Assembly: GCA_963727825.1 (NCBI GenBank)
Contig: CAVSHO010000001.1
Span: 224,001 to 288,000, forward strand
DNA from: Ignavibacteriota bacterium
GTDB taxonomy: Bacteria > Bacteroidota > Ignavibacteria > UBA10030
Direction of reading: 5' to 3'
Length of the DNA: 64,000 bases
The notes below the pieces were generated by a model. That model saw nothing but the letters and a program-made list of their open reading frames with translations, ran no database searches and had not been told where the DNA came from. The position numbers and the translations under genes are program-made. Below, in pieces: positions 38,740 through 49,566 of this stretch (position 1 is the first letter of the stretch; every line of letters begins with the position of its first letter).

Positions 38740-40665
38740 ATGAACTCAAGATATCATGAGCAATTCACTAATAATTTGAAGAATCATCCCAAGTTACTTC
38801 CTCAAACAATGAAATGGCATAAGGTACTTCATATTGCTATTATATTTTTATGCATGCCCTTCAATTCGTTGATTGTGATGGCGCAACCCTCTGGTGGTCC
38901 TTATGGTCCTATTCGGCATAACTATGATTTACCAAAAGGAACAGGTAAAGTCTTTTATGTAGCACCCGATGCAAAAGCAGAAGAATCAGGTGAAACACTT
39001 GCTCAACCCACAACGATAGAATCAGCCATTGAACAGGTGCAGACTGGTGATGTTATTGTGATGCGAGGAGGCACCTATCGTACTGGTAACTTAATATTAA
39101 ATCAAGGAATCACTTTACAGCCTTATGCTGACGAACAGCCTGTTTTAAAGGGAACTTTTATTGCAACGGAATGGAAAAACTTAGGAAATGGATTATGGAA
39201 GACCTCATGGTCTCATTTATTTCCTGCCAAGCCTGATAACTGGTGGTCACGTGATAAGTTTGGAAAGGAGACACCGTTATGCCGTTTCAATAATGACATG
39301 GTGTTTGTGGATGGTAAGTTTCTTCAAGCAGTCAGCCGCGAAGGAGAAGTTGATGAGAATTCATATTATATCGACTACGATGGCGGATATGTTTACATTG
39401 GTACTGATCCTACAATGCAATTAGTGGAAATCACAGCTTTTGATGTAGCGATAAAAAGAACAACAGGGAAATGCCATGGTAAAACCTCAGACCATAAAGG
39501 GCCTGTAATTAAGGGAATTACATTCACACAATATGCCTATCGTGCGATTGAGATTGAAGGAACAGAACCGGTCTGTGTATCTAATGAATCAGATCATGGC
39601 AAAGAAGTAGTAGGTACGACGTTGGAACATTGTACTATTTCTTTCTGTTCCAGGGTCGCCGGCTATTTTAGGGGGGATAAATTAACTCTCAGATATTGCA
39701 AGGTGAGTGATACAAGTACTGAGGGTATCTACATAATAGGTTCCTCCGATGTTCTTCTGGAAAAAAACATCTTCACTCGCAACAATATCGAAAGAATTGC
39801 CGGGTATTATCCGGCAGCAGTGAAAATCTTTAATCAATGTTATCGTGTTACTTGCCAGGATAATTTAGTCATAGATCTTCCAAATTCAAACGGTATTTGG
39901 TATGATGTAGGCAATGTTGACGGCCATTTTCTTAACAATTGGATTGAAGGAGTAGGGAACGTTGATAGGGAATTTTTAAATAAAAGGCCTTATCCGAGTG
40001 ATAATGGATTCTTTTTTGAAATATCCAAAGGTGCAGTGTGCGCCGGAAATGTGTTTGTCAATTGTGATCAGGGTATTTTCATCCTGAACAGTTCGAATGT
40101 TCAAATATATCAGAACACATTCGTAAATAGTACGGTCTGCATCGGACGCAACGGAAGGAGTCCTGCAAATGATGGGACATTCGGCTGGCATTCCGGTACC
40201 GGTCCGGACGTTCATAAACGTGGCGGACATGTGTTTGTAAACAACCTGCTTACTGGAGATAAAAATTATCACAGACCACTGATGTTGGTTTCACAGCCGG
40301 ATTCATTGAGCAAGTTATTCGACGAGGTACAGCTGAAACAATTCGATTACAATACCTTTGTACAGCACTCAGATAAAGATACTAGGCCGTTCTTATTGTG
40401 GACTCCCGCGATTGACAAAGACTGTCAAATAGCTTTTAAATCGCCGAAGGATTTGCAGAAAATGTATCCGGAATTTTTAGCCCACAGTCAATATATCTCC
40501 GATGACATACCTTTATTTAAAAGTCGCGAATTAGGTAATTATCAATTATTACATACATTTCCGGGGAATAAAATAGCATCACCGTTACCAGTTGAAATCA
40601 AAAGGCTTCTCGGCATTTCCCAAAAGGATATCATGTTTATTGGAGCTTTCCCTCCACTTCCCTGA
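38740..40665 (+). CDS. Right-handed parallel beta-helix (pectin lyase-like) protein
   Basis: FYVAPD, MRGGTYR, GIWYDVGN, Asn-ladder repeats; signal peptide. Confidence 0.8.
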   Translation: MNSRYHEQFTNNLKNHPKLLPQTMKWHKVLHIAIIFLCMPFNSLIVMAQPSGGPYGPIRHNYDLPKGTGKVFYVAPDAKAEESGETLAQPTTIESAIEQVQTGDVIVMRGGTYRTGNLILNQGITLQPYADEQPVLKGTFIATEWKNLGNGLWKTSWSHLFPAKPDNWWSRDKFGKETPLCRFNNDMVFVDGKFLQAVSREGEVDENSYYIDYDGGYVYIGTDPTMQLVEITAFDVAIKRTTGKCHGKTSDHKGPVIKGITFTQYAYRAIEIEGTEPVCVSNESDHGKEVVGTTLEHCTISFCSRVAGYFRGDKLTLRYCKVSDTSTEGIYIIGSSDVLLEKNIFTRNNIERIAGYYPAAVKIFNQCYRVTCQDNLVIDLPNSNGIWYDVGNVDGHFLNNWIEGVGNVDREFLNKRPYPSDNGFFFEISKGAVCAGNVFVNCDQGIFILNSSNVQIYQNTFVNSTVCIGRNGRSPANDGTFGWHSGTGPDVHKRGGHVFVNNLLTGDKNYHRPLMLVSQPDSLSKLFDEVQLKQFDYNTFVQHSDKDTRPFLLWTPAIDKDCQIAFKSPKDLQKMYPEFLAHSQYISDDIPLFKSRELGNYQLLHTFPGNKIASPLPVEIKRLLGISQKDIMFIGAFPPLP

Positions 40666-40758
40666 AATTTTGGGATAGACGAATTGTGTTAATTTAGTAG
40701 AATATCAAAATCTATTTCGCAAATTTAGAAAACAATTTTGAATATTGAATTACAAGTT

Positions 40759-42210
40759 TTATTTAGCATTAATCATCTTATAGTTTTCCGTTGCTGATTG
40801 CTTATCGCTTTTAGTTTCTAATTTTCCCAATCCCCACCAGAACAATGCCATAAATAATCCTGGGTACATCGGTTCAACTCCAAACCAATAAGATGGTATG
40901 CCGCTATGTGCGTAGATATGACCGGATATAAGACTTGCTGTTGAAATAAAACAGCCGTTCACCATAGCTCCAAAAGCATATACCGAAGAAATCTTTAATC
41001 GGTCGAAGTAGCATGCTAACACTGGTACCAATAATCCGGGAATTATACAGGTACCGATTGTGTACCAAATGCTTACTACAGAAGGTACAATAATTGCAAG
41101 CAAAACAGAGAACAATGCTGAAAACACAAGTCCAATTTTTGTCCAACGTTGAACAATATCGGAATCATGAGCGGCGTTTTTCCATCTTCCTACAATATCT
41201 TTCCCAACGGTGATCGCAGAAATCAATGTGAGACTGCTAAGCGTGGACATAATAGTTGCGAGCATACCGATATAAAACATTCCTTTCGCAATCGATGGCA
41301 GCGTTATTTCAGCAAGAAGTGGATAGGAGTACATAGGCTGTGCCAGAAGTGGCAGCGAAGCACGTGCATATAGTCCGGCAACACTTGTCATAAAGTCGAA
41401 GATAAACCAGAATATAATAGAAACAAGAATACCACGCTGTGCCGTTTTGCCGTCTTTTGCTGCATAGCATCGTTGATGAAATGCCGGGTCGACAAGTGTC
41501 CACAACGCAATAAAGAACCAGACGGCAATAAATTCCATACTGTTCCCGCCATGCCAAGTAAGATGCAATGGTGGAACGTGTGTACGTATAAAATCTAATC
41601 CACCGAATTTTGAGTATGAGAAAATCACAACTAGAGCAAAACCAAGAAACATCATCACAAATTCAAATACATTCGCCCATACATCAGAGCGAAAACCGCC
41701 TTTATAAAGATAGACAACGGTCAGAAAAGTAGTGATGATGATACAAAGCGTGAGATTGAGCCCAAAAATAAGCTGTGCAAGAATTCCCAGCATTAGCACA
41801 TACGCAGCCGGAGTAACGAGAAAAAATGTTAGAACGCCGCCTGCGATGGCAGTGCGTTTGTCGTACGCCTGCTCAAGTTTATCGGGGATTGTAAAAAGAT
41901 TTGTTGCGCGGACTTTTTTTGCAAGGAACAAAGCAAAGACAAGTGCAAAAATATAGTACGGAACTCCGAACACAACCCAATTAGAAATACCAAACCTATA
42001 GGAATATTCTCCGACGCCGAGAATTCCGCCGTACCATGTCGAAACAAGTGTGGCGACAAAAATTGGAAGTGTTAGTGTGCGGCCAGCCAGCAGAAAATCT
42101 TCTCCACTGGATTTTCGTTTCCGCGCAACGCGAAATCCGATGAAGACGACAGCTGCGAAATAGGCAACAATCAGTGCAATATCGATGAGTGAAAGATGAA
42201 CTTTGATCAT
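40759..42210 (-). CDS. Sodium:solute symporter, predicted thiamine (or precursor) transporter
   Basis: FLLAGRTL, GGFRSDVW, FHQRCYAAKD, ATIMSTLSS; last gene of the TPP-controlled cluster. Confidence 0.88.
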   Translation of the reverse strand: MIKVHLSLIDIALIVAYFAAVVFIGFRVARKRKSSGEDFLLAGRTLTLPIFVATLVSTWYGGILGVGEYSYRFGISNWVVFGVPYYIFALVFALFLAKKVRATNLFTIPDKLEQAYDKRTAIAGGVLTFFLVTPAAYVLMLGILAQLIFGLNLTLCIIITTFLTVVYLYKGGFRSDVWANVFEFVMMFLGFALVVIFSYSKFGGLDFIRTHVPPLHLTWHGGNSMEFIAVWFFIALWTLVDPAFHQRCYAAKDGKTAQRGILVSIIFWFIFDFMTSVAGLYARASLPLLAQPMYSYPLLAEITLPSIAKGMFYIGMLATIMSTLSSLTLISAITVGKDIVGRWKNAAHDSDIVQRWTKIGLVFSALFSVLLAIIVPSVVSIWYTIGTCIIPGLLVPVLACYFDRLKISSVYAFGAMVNGCFISTASLISGHIYAHSGIPSYWFGVEPMYPGLFMALFWWGLGKLETKSDKQSATENYKMINAK

Positions 42211-42237
42211 AGCTGTTAGAAGTTTAGGTATAAGGTT

Positions 42238-42864
42238 TTAGTTATTAGTTACAATAAAAGCTATAAGGCTGCCTTTTTTGACTTTAATATTCACAGGAGA
42301 AGAGACAACGACATTGCTTGTACTCTCACGAATACCAAGCTCAAGAGCTTCATTCTTCAGATTCCATTTCAACCCTTTTGTTACGATTCCAGTGCATCGA
42401 GAAAGCGGCAAAAGTGAAATGATTGTGCCTATGGGAAGGCTGAATTCTAATGAATGATTGACTGCAATAAATGTCCCTATGTTATCAATAAAAGTAATAT
42501 GTGCTTTACGTGAGAATTTTGCGAGTGCACTCAAATTTCCAATTGCGTGATCGAGCCGTCCACCTGTTGCTCCAAGCACAACTATTTCACTATTTTTTTC
42601 CCGAATGGCCGCTATTAGCGCTTTTTCCAAATCCGTAGAATTTTGGTCCTTCAGCTTCCTTACATTGGCATTGCTGAAGACGGCAAGTGATTCCTTTTCT
42701 ATGGAATCAAGGTCGCCGATGATAAGATCAGGAGCATAACCGAAACGTGCGGCTGTATTTGCCCCTCCATCAGCACAAATGAACCAATCGGCAGATGTGA
42801 AAAATTTTTGAAAGAGCCGTTTGCTCGGCGGTTTTCCATTAGCAAGAATCAGTGCGTGAGTCAT
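42238..42864 (-). CDS. thiN: Thiamine pyrophosphokinase
   Basis: CADGGAN, GDLDSI, DQNSTDLEKA, GGRLDHAIGN, GLKWNL, STSN. Confidence 0.95.
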   Translation of the reverse strand: MTHALILANGKPPSKRLFQKFFTSADWFICADGGANTAARFGYAPDLIIGDLDSIEKESLAVFSNANVRKLKDQNSTDLEKALIAAIREKNSEIVVLGATGGRLDHAIGNLSALAKFSRKAHITFIDNIGTFIAVNHSLEFSLPIGTIISLLPLSRCTGIVTKGLKWNLKNEALELGIRESTSNVVVSSPVNIKVKKGSLIAFIVTNN

Positions 42865-43047
42865 AAATAAAACCCTAGAATACTTTGAATCCAACTCTAA
42901 TCGACCATCTGCCCCGGGATCATTACGTCCACGAATTAATTAAACAATACTCATTGTGCATAACCTTGTGAGATATGCTTGTGGTTAATTTACGATTTTA
43001 CGTTGAACGATGCAAAAAGGTAGATAATATTATTATTTCTTGAGCCT

Positions 43048-45312
43048 TTATAATTGCAATGACATTCCAAGGATGTAATTTCGTTCGGCAGCAGGGAAGA
43101 ATTCTTGTCCCTGACCACTCATCGTATAAAGACGATCAAACAGGTTACGCACATCGCCGTGCACGGTAATAATAACATTGGACTCCAATGCAAAATGGTA
43201 GCTCATCGATGCATTACAGACGACGTAAGCATCATTCTCCCTTGTTTCGCTTTGTGTGTTGTCGGTATAGAAACTGCCGACATATTTTGTATCGAGAGAA
43301 ACGGAAAACATATCGTGTGTGTACGCAATGCGGAAATTTGCCATGTAATCTGGAGACCCTGCAATATGGTTGCCATCGAGAACATGCTGGTAAGTAATGC
43401 TTTCAGAAGTATCGGAAACAGTATATCGTATAAGCCGATTATGGGAGAGCGTTGCATTCCCGCTTATGGAGAATCCATACCCAAGATTGGACTGTCCATC
43501 TAATTCTATACCGAGGTGCCGAGTGCGGTCTGCATTGCGATTAATTGTTTCGCCAAATATATCAACATCACCAGTCTGGATCAATTCATCCCAGAATTCC
43601 ATCCAGAAGAAATTAAATGTTATCTGTGAATGTTGGTCGCGATATCCTGTCCCGATTTCAAAATCGAATAAATGTTCAGGTTTCGATAGGGGTTTATTGT
43701 AATCATAGTTCACCGTTCCGTTCACAGTGTCCTTTACTGCGAACTGCGGTGTGCTACCCCAAATAGATGATTCCGCATCGTACAGATCCGTCAGGCGAGG
43801 TTCGCGGGAGGTATAAGCCATACTCAAATATGCATTTACACGTTCAGTTGCATTGTAATTGACGCCGAAGCGTGGATTAGCAAAAAGATATGGAACGGAA
43901 AAATTATTGTCGAAGAACTTTTCGTTTTTCAAAATGTATCGATTATAGACGACTTGCAAATCGGTCATAACGGTGAGATTTTCTTCCAACGTATATAGCT
44001 CGTGGCCATAGATCGAAACAATGTCTTTCCCGCCGTTGTATTCATAGATGTAATAGTCAGGATCATAATTCGCTGGAAAATATTCCGAGTATTCAATTTT
44101 CCCCCAATGGAGAGAACGATGGATCCGCAGCTCTGCTCCTACCGTCAGTGTTCCAGTGCCATGATCAATTTCCAATCGCGGCAGCCATCCGAATTGTTTA
44201 TCTCCGACAAAAGCTCGTACGAGGACGTTACTTGGATTTGCAGTCGCCGGAATACCATAAGCGCTTCCCCAATGGATGGCTGACGTGTCCAGACCTGAAC
44301 CATCATAATCATAATATCCATCTCCTTGAATGTAGAAGAATGTATTGCTGAGTGTTATCTTCGGTGTTAGATGCCATTCGTTCAGTAATTCAAAATGCGG
44401 TTGAGAAAAAGATTCTGATTCCTGCGGTCTTCGATTTGTCGAATAGATTACAGAGTCTTCTGCATCGTTTAATTCAAAATAATTATAATTTGTGCGGCGA
44501 AGTGTGAGATTGTTATTATAGAATTTTGGAATGCCATTATAAACTAATCCATCCGTAAACGGTCCGCCGTACATTTGGATTGTTGTCGTCACTGTTGAAT
44601 CGAGTCGCTGCGCGCCGAGGAAGTACGAGTTAATATCGTCCCACGACTTGTCACGATAGCCGTCGGTTGAGAGATTGCCGAGATGTCCGTAAAACATGTA
44701 ATGGTCTGCTACCAATCCGGAATTGTACGATACTGAATATTTACGTGTTGAGAGCACGGTCGTATTTGTCGAACAGTATTCTTGAAAACCAAGATCGCTT
44801 TCAAGTGTTATACTTGGCTTCGGTTGATATGGAAGCGCAAGAATATTGACTGATCCGCCGATTGCGGGAGGACCATAGAATGCGCTTCCGGCACCGCGCT
44901 GAACTTGAATGTTGGCAGTACTTCCAAGCAAATCAGGGAAATCGATCCAGTACACGCTAAAATCCTCCGGATCGTTTTGCGGCACGCCGTTCACCATAAC
45001 CGAAAGGCGCTGCTGTTCAAATCCACGCAGGTTGATATAGCTGTAACCACCGCTGGCATTTCCATTCTCCGAATAAAATGTAATGGATGGGAGCGAAGAT
45101 AGAAGTGCCGGCGCATCTTGAGTTGTGTATTGTTGGACAATATCAGAACGTCGAATGTTAGAAAACGTAACCGGCGATAGTCGCTCGGTAGCTTGTGTAG
45201 CAGTAACCGTTACCGGTGCTACGAGGTACACTGTATCACGATCAGACTTTTCTTGTGCTGTCACAAGAGTGTAACTGAGCGCCGCAAGCAAAAAAATAGT
45301 ACCTATTCGCAT
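43048..45312 (-). CDS. TonB-dependent receptor, predicted thiamine uptake
   Basis: Signal peptide, VTVTAT TonB box, NGVPQNDPE plug, QRGAGS..IGGSVN; directly behind the TPP riboswitch. Confidence 0.92.
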   Translation of the reverse strand: MRIGTIFLLAALSYTLVTAQEKSDRDTVYLVAPVTVTATQATERLSPVTFSNIRRSDIVQQYTTQDAPALLSSLPSITFYSENGNASGGYSYINLRGFEQQRLSVMVNGVPQNDPEDFSVYWIDFPDLLGSTANIQVQRGAGSAFYGPPAIGGSVNILALPYQPKPSITLESDLGFQEYCSTNTTVLSTRKYSVSYNSGLVADHYMFYGHLGNLSTDGYRDKSWDDINSYFLGAQRLDSTVTTTIQMYGGPFTDGLVYNGIPKFYNNNLTLRRTNYNYFELNDAEDSVIYSTNRRPQESESFSQPHFELLNEWHLTPKITLSNTFFYIQGDGYYDYDGSGLDTSAIHWGSAYGIPATANPSNVLVRAFVGDKQFGWLPRLEIDHGTGTLTVGAELRIHRSLHWGKIEYSEYFPANYDPDYYIYEYNGGKDIVSIYGHELYTLEENLTVMTDLQVVYNRYILKNEKFFDNNFSVPYLFANPRFGVNYNATERVNAYLSMAYTSREPRLTDLYDAESSIWGSTPQFAVKDTVNGTVNYDYNKPLSKPEHLFDFEIGTGYRDQHSQITFNFFWMEFWDELIQTGDVDIFGETINRNADRTRHLGIELDGQSNLGYGFSISGNATLSHNRLIRYTVSDTSESITYQHVLDGNHIAGSPDYMANFRIAYTHDMFSVSLDTKYVGSFYTDNTQSETRENDAYVVCNASMSYHFALESNVIITVHGDVRNLFDRLYTMSGQGQEFFPAAERNYILGMSLQL

Positions 45313-45327
45313 CTAATTCCTCCTTAT

Positions 45328-45362
45328 AAAAAAAAACCGTTTCCTCATCTCCATGCAAACGG
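45328..45362 (-). terminator. Riboswitch expression-platform terminator
   Basis: CCGTTTG..GAAACGG followed by 9 T, just upstream of AAGGAGG RBS; second CCGTTTC arm at 45370-45376. Confidence 0.7.
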
Positions 45363-45396
45363 AAAAAAAGAAACGGCGTTAATAAAAATTAATTTC

Positions 45397-45489
45397 GATT
45401 TCCCTACGCTGGCATTATCCAGATCAGGTCACAAGGGTGTAATCTCAGCTCGATCTTTAAAAGACAGAATCGTAGCACCCCTACAACTT
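45397..45489 (-). ncRNA. TPP riboswitch
   Basis: GGGGTGC...GCTGAGA..ACACCC..TGACCTGATCTGGATAATGCCAGCGTAGGGA consensus. Confidence 0.97.
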
Positions 45490-45532
45490 ATTTGAAAGAA
45501 CTTCGTTAAAACTGCCGCACAATAACTACTCA

Positions 45533-45561
45533 AATATACTCTTCGAGAAACAAGATGTCAA
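45533..45561 (-). promoter_or_regulatory. Promoter of the thiamine operon
   Basis: TTGACA-17nt-TATATT. Confidence 0.75.
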
Positions 45562-45881
45562 GTGCTTGATTTTAACTTATAGCATTCAAATGAGTCACAA
45601 TCGCGTAATGCATTATGAAATAAGGCGAATTAATAAACCTTGGATTTCGCTTAAATATAAAGCTCTTTATTTGGATTGGCAAAATTGCGCATCATTGTTA
45701 TTGCTTCGTAATAGAATTATTTCTACTATTATTTCGAGCTAATTCTAAATGCAGAAAATTTTCTATCAATCGAGAAAAGAATATACCTACTTTGTGACAC
45801 AGTGAACCCCAAGGATTATTGTATCTATAATTCTTAGCTGAAAGTTATAATTAACTTTCAAAAAATGAAGATAGGTGGAAA

Positions 45882-47921
45882 ATGTTTAATCTACAGAGGT
45901 GCAGTGCTATTATATTTGCATTATTAATTCTTGTCCCATCAGCTTATTCTCAGATACAAAATAATGAAATCAATCCGGAGTACGTAAAATGCATACAGGG
46001 AAAACAAGAAACAATCACAAGGTATGGACATCGATTAGGGTATATACCGCCTCCCTATAAAATACATACAGAGTTACCGGCCAACTTGAAAAAACAATTG
46101 ACAAAAAAAGAGTCTCTTCCTGCAAGTTTTGACTTACGTACGACTGGAGGATTGACCTCCGTAAAGAATCAGGGCAATTGTGGAGCATGTTGGACGTTTG
46201 CTACAATGGGTGCGATTGAATCTCGCTGGAAAGTTACTGGAAGAGGCACTTATGATCTTTCGGAAGATTATTTGAATACATGCCATTCTCCTTTTGTATA
46301 CGCCCCTTGTGCAGGGGGAAATTCATATATGTCGTTAGCATGTTTAGCAAGAGGTTCAGGACCAATATCGGAAAGCGACGATCCCTATAGCGATGCTCAT
46401 ACTACTATTAACTGTCCATCTGGACTTAATCCACAAGGTATAATCACATCTGGCTGGTTTATTCCTACAACCGATCCAAGTATTATTAAGAACCTAATAC
46501 AAACATATGGAGCACTATATACATGTTTTTATTATGATGACGCTTACTACAATTCTACAAATTATACATATTATTATTCTGGAAGTGCTGCTGCAAATCA
46601 TGCGGTGACACTTGTTGGATGGGATGATAATAAAGTAACAGCAGGAGGAACTGGTGTATGGATTATTAAAAACAGTTGGGGGACAAGTTGGGGTGAAAGC
46701 GGTTTTTTTTATATTTCATATAATGATTCAAAAATCAATTCAGAATTGGCATTATTTGAAGATTATATCAATTATGATCCAAATCAAACAATTTCTACAT
46801 ATTCGGAATCTGGATGGGTAGGTAATAATATAGGATATGGCACGTCACTAGCACATGCCTTAGTGAAGTTCGTTGCATCGGGAAATGTCAAATTGACGAA
46901 AATTGGAACATATGTAAATTATCCAGGAGCTATTGTCAGTATAGATATCTATGATAATTTCAATGGCAGTAATTCATTGACAGGATTGTTAGGGTCAATT
47001 TCTGCTCAGACTTGCACTTATACAGGATATTACACGTTTGATTTTTCATCGCCAATAAACCTCTCAACTGTAAACGATTATTATGTAAAAATTAGTTATC
47101 AAACGGCGGGTTATAATTACCCCATTCCAATTGAAGCTGCTAATAGTGGTTATAACACACCAACCTTCGAAACAGGAAAATGTTGGATAAGTTCAGATGG
47201 ATCATCATGGACTTCATTAGAGAGTTGTGGTTCTTATGATTTATGTGCTTATGCTTTTACAACCGTCCCTCTTCTTGTAAAAGCAAAGGTGTTTTTACAA
47301 GGGCCGTATAGTAGCACTGCAATGACAACCGCTTTGAATACAGGCGCACTTATACCATTAAATTCAAATACTGCATATAATACGACGACATATGGTTATA
47401 CAAACAAAACAGTCGCTGCGATACCGAACGCAAATATAGTCGATTGGGTGTTAGTTGAATTAAGATCTGGCACAGCAGCGTCAACGAAAGTTGAAACACA
47501 AGCGGCATTTTTATTAAAAGATGGTACAGTTGTCGATGTTGACGGATCAAGTGACGTAGCATTTAGCATTGCAACCACAGGTAGTTATTACATTGTTATC
47601 AGGCATAGAAATCATTTGGCTGTGATGAGTGCGGCAGCTGTATCATTGCCGAATGCATCTGTATATGATTTTACATCGGCTCAAACGCAAGCTTATGGAA
47701 CTACACCAATGGTTGCTGTAACAACAGGAGTTTATGGAATGTGGTGTGGAGATACTGATGCCAGTGAAACCATCGACGCAACCGATAGAGCTAACACGTG
47801 GAACAATAGAAATACTTCCGGTTATACGGGTAATGATACGGATCTTAGTGGTGTCGTTGATGCCACTGATAGAGCCAATACGTGGAACAACAGGAATGCG
47901 TTAACGAATGTCCCTAATTAA
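45882..47921 (+). CDS. Secreted papain-family (C1A) cysteine protease with lectin-like domain and C-terminal dockerin-like module
   Basis: QGNCGACW, NHAV, KNSWG catalytic motifs; VFLQGPY..DWVLVELR..HRNHL module ending in two D-T-D-x-S-x-x-x-D-A-T-D repeats. Confidence 0.9.
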   Translation: MFNLQRCSAIIFALLILVPSAYSQIQNNEINPEYVKCIQGKQETITRYGHRLGYIPPPYKIHTELPANLKKQLTKKESLPASFDLRTTGGLTSVKNQGNCGACWTFATMGAIESRWKVTGRGTYDLSEDYLNTCHSPFVYAPCAGGNSYMSLACLARGSGPISESDDPYSDAHTTINCPSGLNPQGIITSGWFIPTTDPSIIKNLIQTYGALYTCFYYDDAYYNSTNYTYYYSGSAAANHAVTLVGWDDNKVTAGGTGVWIIKNSWGTSWGESGFFYISYNDSKINSELALFEDYINYDPNQTISTYSESGWVGNNIGYGTSLAHALVKFVASGNVKLTKIGTYVNYPGAIVSIDIYDNFNGSNSLTGLLGSISAQTCTYTGYYTFDFSSPINLSTVNDYYVKISYQTAGYNYPIPIEAANSGYNTPTFETGKCWISSDGSSWTSLESCGSYDLCAYAFTTVPLLVKAKVFLQGPYSSTAMTTALNTGALIPLNSNTAYNTTTYGYTNKTVAAIPNANIVDWVLVELRSGTAASTKVETQAAFLLKDGTVVDVDGSSDVAFSIATTGSYYIVIRHRNHLAVMSAAAVSLPNASVYDFTSAQTQAYGTTPMVAVTTGVYGMWCGDTDASETIDATDRANTWNNRNTSGYTGNDTDLSGVVDATDRANTWNNRNALTNVPN

Positions 47922-47967
47922 TTTTGAAAAATCTAATAGCCTAAATAATTCCATAAAAAGAAACCCT

Positions 47968-48234
47968 ATGAAGAAATTTATGATGTTTGTTGCATGTCGG
48001 TAACTGGTCTGTGTAATATGCAACTTCGCGAATGCTCAGACATTACAATTAAGCATAGCTAATCAATAGTTTGTCGGCTGAACCTTCGCTTTTAATATTT
48101 ATCTAAAAGCAACTTCAAGAGATGTTTATTTAGATAGTTCCGATTTTATGCTTACCTTCAATTCCACGCATTTTAATCGTCCTTCAATCACAATCAATAA
48201 TGGTTCAGACGACGGATCAACTTTTATCGAATAA
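47968..48234 (+). pseudogene. Decayed secreted cohesin-like gene
   Basis: Single frame with 3 internal stops: MKKFMMFVACR*LVCVICNFANAQTLQLSIANQ*FVG*TFAFNIYLKATSRDVYLDSSDFMLTFNSTHFNRPSIT... Confidence 0.6.
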
Positions 48235-48555
48235 TTGCACAAGCATAGGGAAAAAGTACTTTTACGCAGGTGAAGAAATGTTGTTGATGAGATGAGAAAA
48301 GCGGAAAAAAGACACCATAAAGAAATATGAGATATAAGTTAGGGAAAAAGTTGTAGCTAGCTTTTCAGCAGTGAATAGGCTCCCGAAATCTTTCTTATCA
48401 TTCCACCAAGTAGATTTCTGGAATCTTTTCTTATAACATCCTCCCATTTATAACTTGCATTGAAGTGAACCCGCTTGAAGAGAGCTTACCTTGCTTGTAC
48501 ATCGTTTTCTGGCTATATTCTACTAAGAATTATCTAAAAAAATTGGAAATGCTCA

Positions 48556-49566
48556 ATGGTTAATTTTACTCCGAATCGTATAGAAAAAATTCAAAAGAGT
48601 TTTGCCGGCAAGCGCATTGCAGTTGTTGGTGATTTAATGCTCGACAGATATTTTTGGGGCACGGTGTCCCGTATTTCACCGGAAGCGCCTGTTCCTGTTG
48701 TCGAGGTTGATGAGGAATCCACTCGGCTTGGCGGTGCCGCAAATGTTGCGAACAACATCGCATCGCTCGGCGGCGTACCTTTAATGATTGGTGTTGTTGG
48801 CAAGGATATTGGTGCAGATATACTGCAAAACTTAGTCGCCAACAATGGATTTCCAACCGATGGAATTGTTGTTGATGATTCGCGTCCAACTACTATTAAA
48901 ACACGAGTTATTGCACACGGCCAGCATGTAGTGAGGATTGATCAAGAAGAGAAAGTAGATTTGAATGCGGGTACGCAAGCAAGAGTCCTTGCCAGTTTAG
49001 AGAATCAGATTGCTTCGCTGGATGGAATAATTTTAGAAGACTATAACAAAGGCGTTCTGACGAAAGGCCTGATTAAGTCAATTATTGAACTAGCAAAAAA
49101 ACATAAAAAGACAATCACAGTCGATCCAAAATTTAACAACTTTTTTGATTACCAGGGTGTATCGGTTTTTAAGCCGAACCGTAAGGAAGCTGAAGAAGCG
49201 CTGGGACGTCGTCTGCATACTTTTCAAGACATGGAAAATGCGGCGCGTGAATTGTTCATTCGACTCAATGCAGAAAGTGTTTTACTAACGCTTGGCGAAA
49301 AAGGCATGCTGCTTCTTGAAAAAAACGGTTCAATTGCGCACGTGGAATCAAAAACACGAAATGTTGCCGATGTTTCAGGCGCGGGCGATACCGTTATAGC
49401 AACGCTGACTGTGGCAATGGTGGCAGGCGCGTCGATAATTGAATCTGCCGCACTGGCGAATTATGCCGGCGGAATCGTCTGCGGTGAAGTTGGTATTGTG
49501 CCAATCGACAAGAATCTGCTGATTCAGACGATTCTAAAAGATATCAATCAGGGAGGCGAGCGGTGA
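48556..49566 (+). CDS. rfaE1: D-glycero-beta-D-manno-heptose-7-phosphate kinase
   Basis: GDLMLDRY, RISPEAPVP, GGAANVA, DYNKG, DVSGAGDT. Confidence 0.96.
   Translation: MVNFTPNRIEKIQKSFAGKRIAVVGDLMLDRYFWGTVSRISPEAPVPVVEVDEESTRLGGAANVANNIASLGGVPLMIGVVGKDIGADILQNLVANNGFPTDGIVVDDSRPTTIKTRVIAHGQHVVRIDQEEKVDLNAGTQARVLASLENQIASLDGIILEDYNKGVLTKGLIKSIIELAKKHKKTITVDPKFNNFFDYQGVSVFKPNRKEAEEALGRRLHTFQDMENAARELFIRLNAESVLLTLGEKGMLLLEKNGSIAHVESKTRNVADVSGAGDTVIATLTVAMVAGASIIESAALANYAGGIVCGEVGIVPIDKNLLIQTILKDINQGGER

Noticed and set aside
42865-43047. Possible small ORF between thiN and the TonB receptor
   Set aside because: Only 4- and 12-codon frames; no support.
48262-48447. 61-aa minus-strand ORF
   Set aside because: No RBS or recognisable similarity; AT-rich intergenic sequence.
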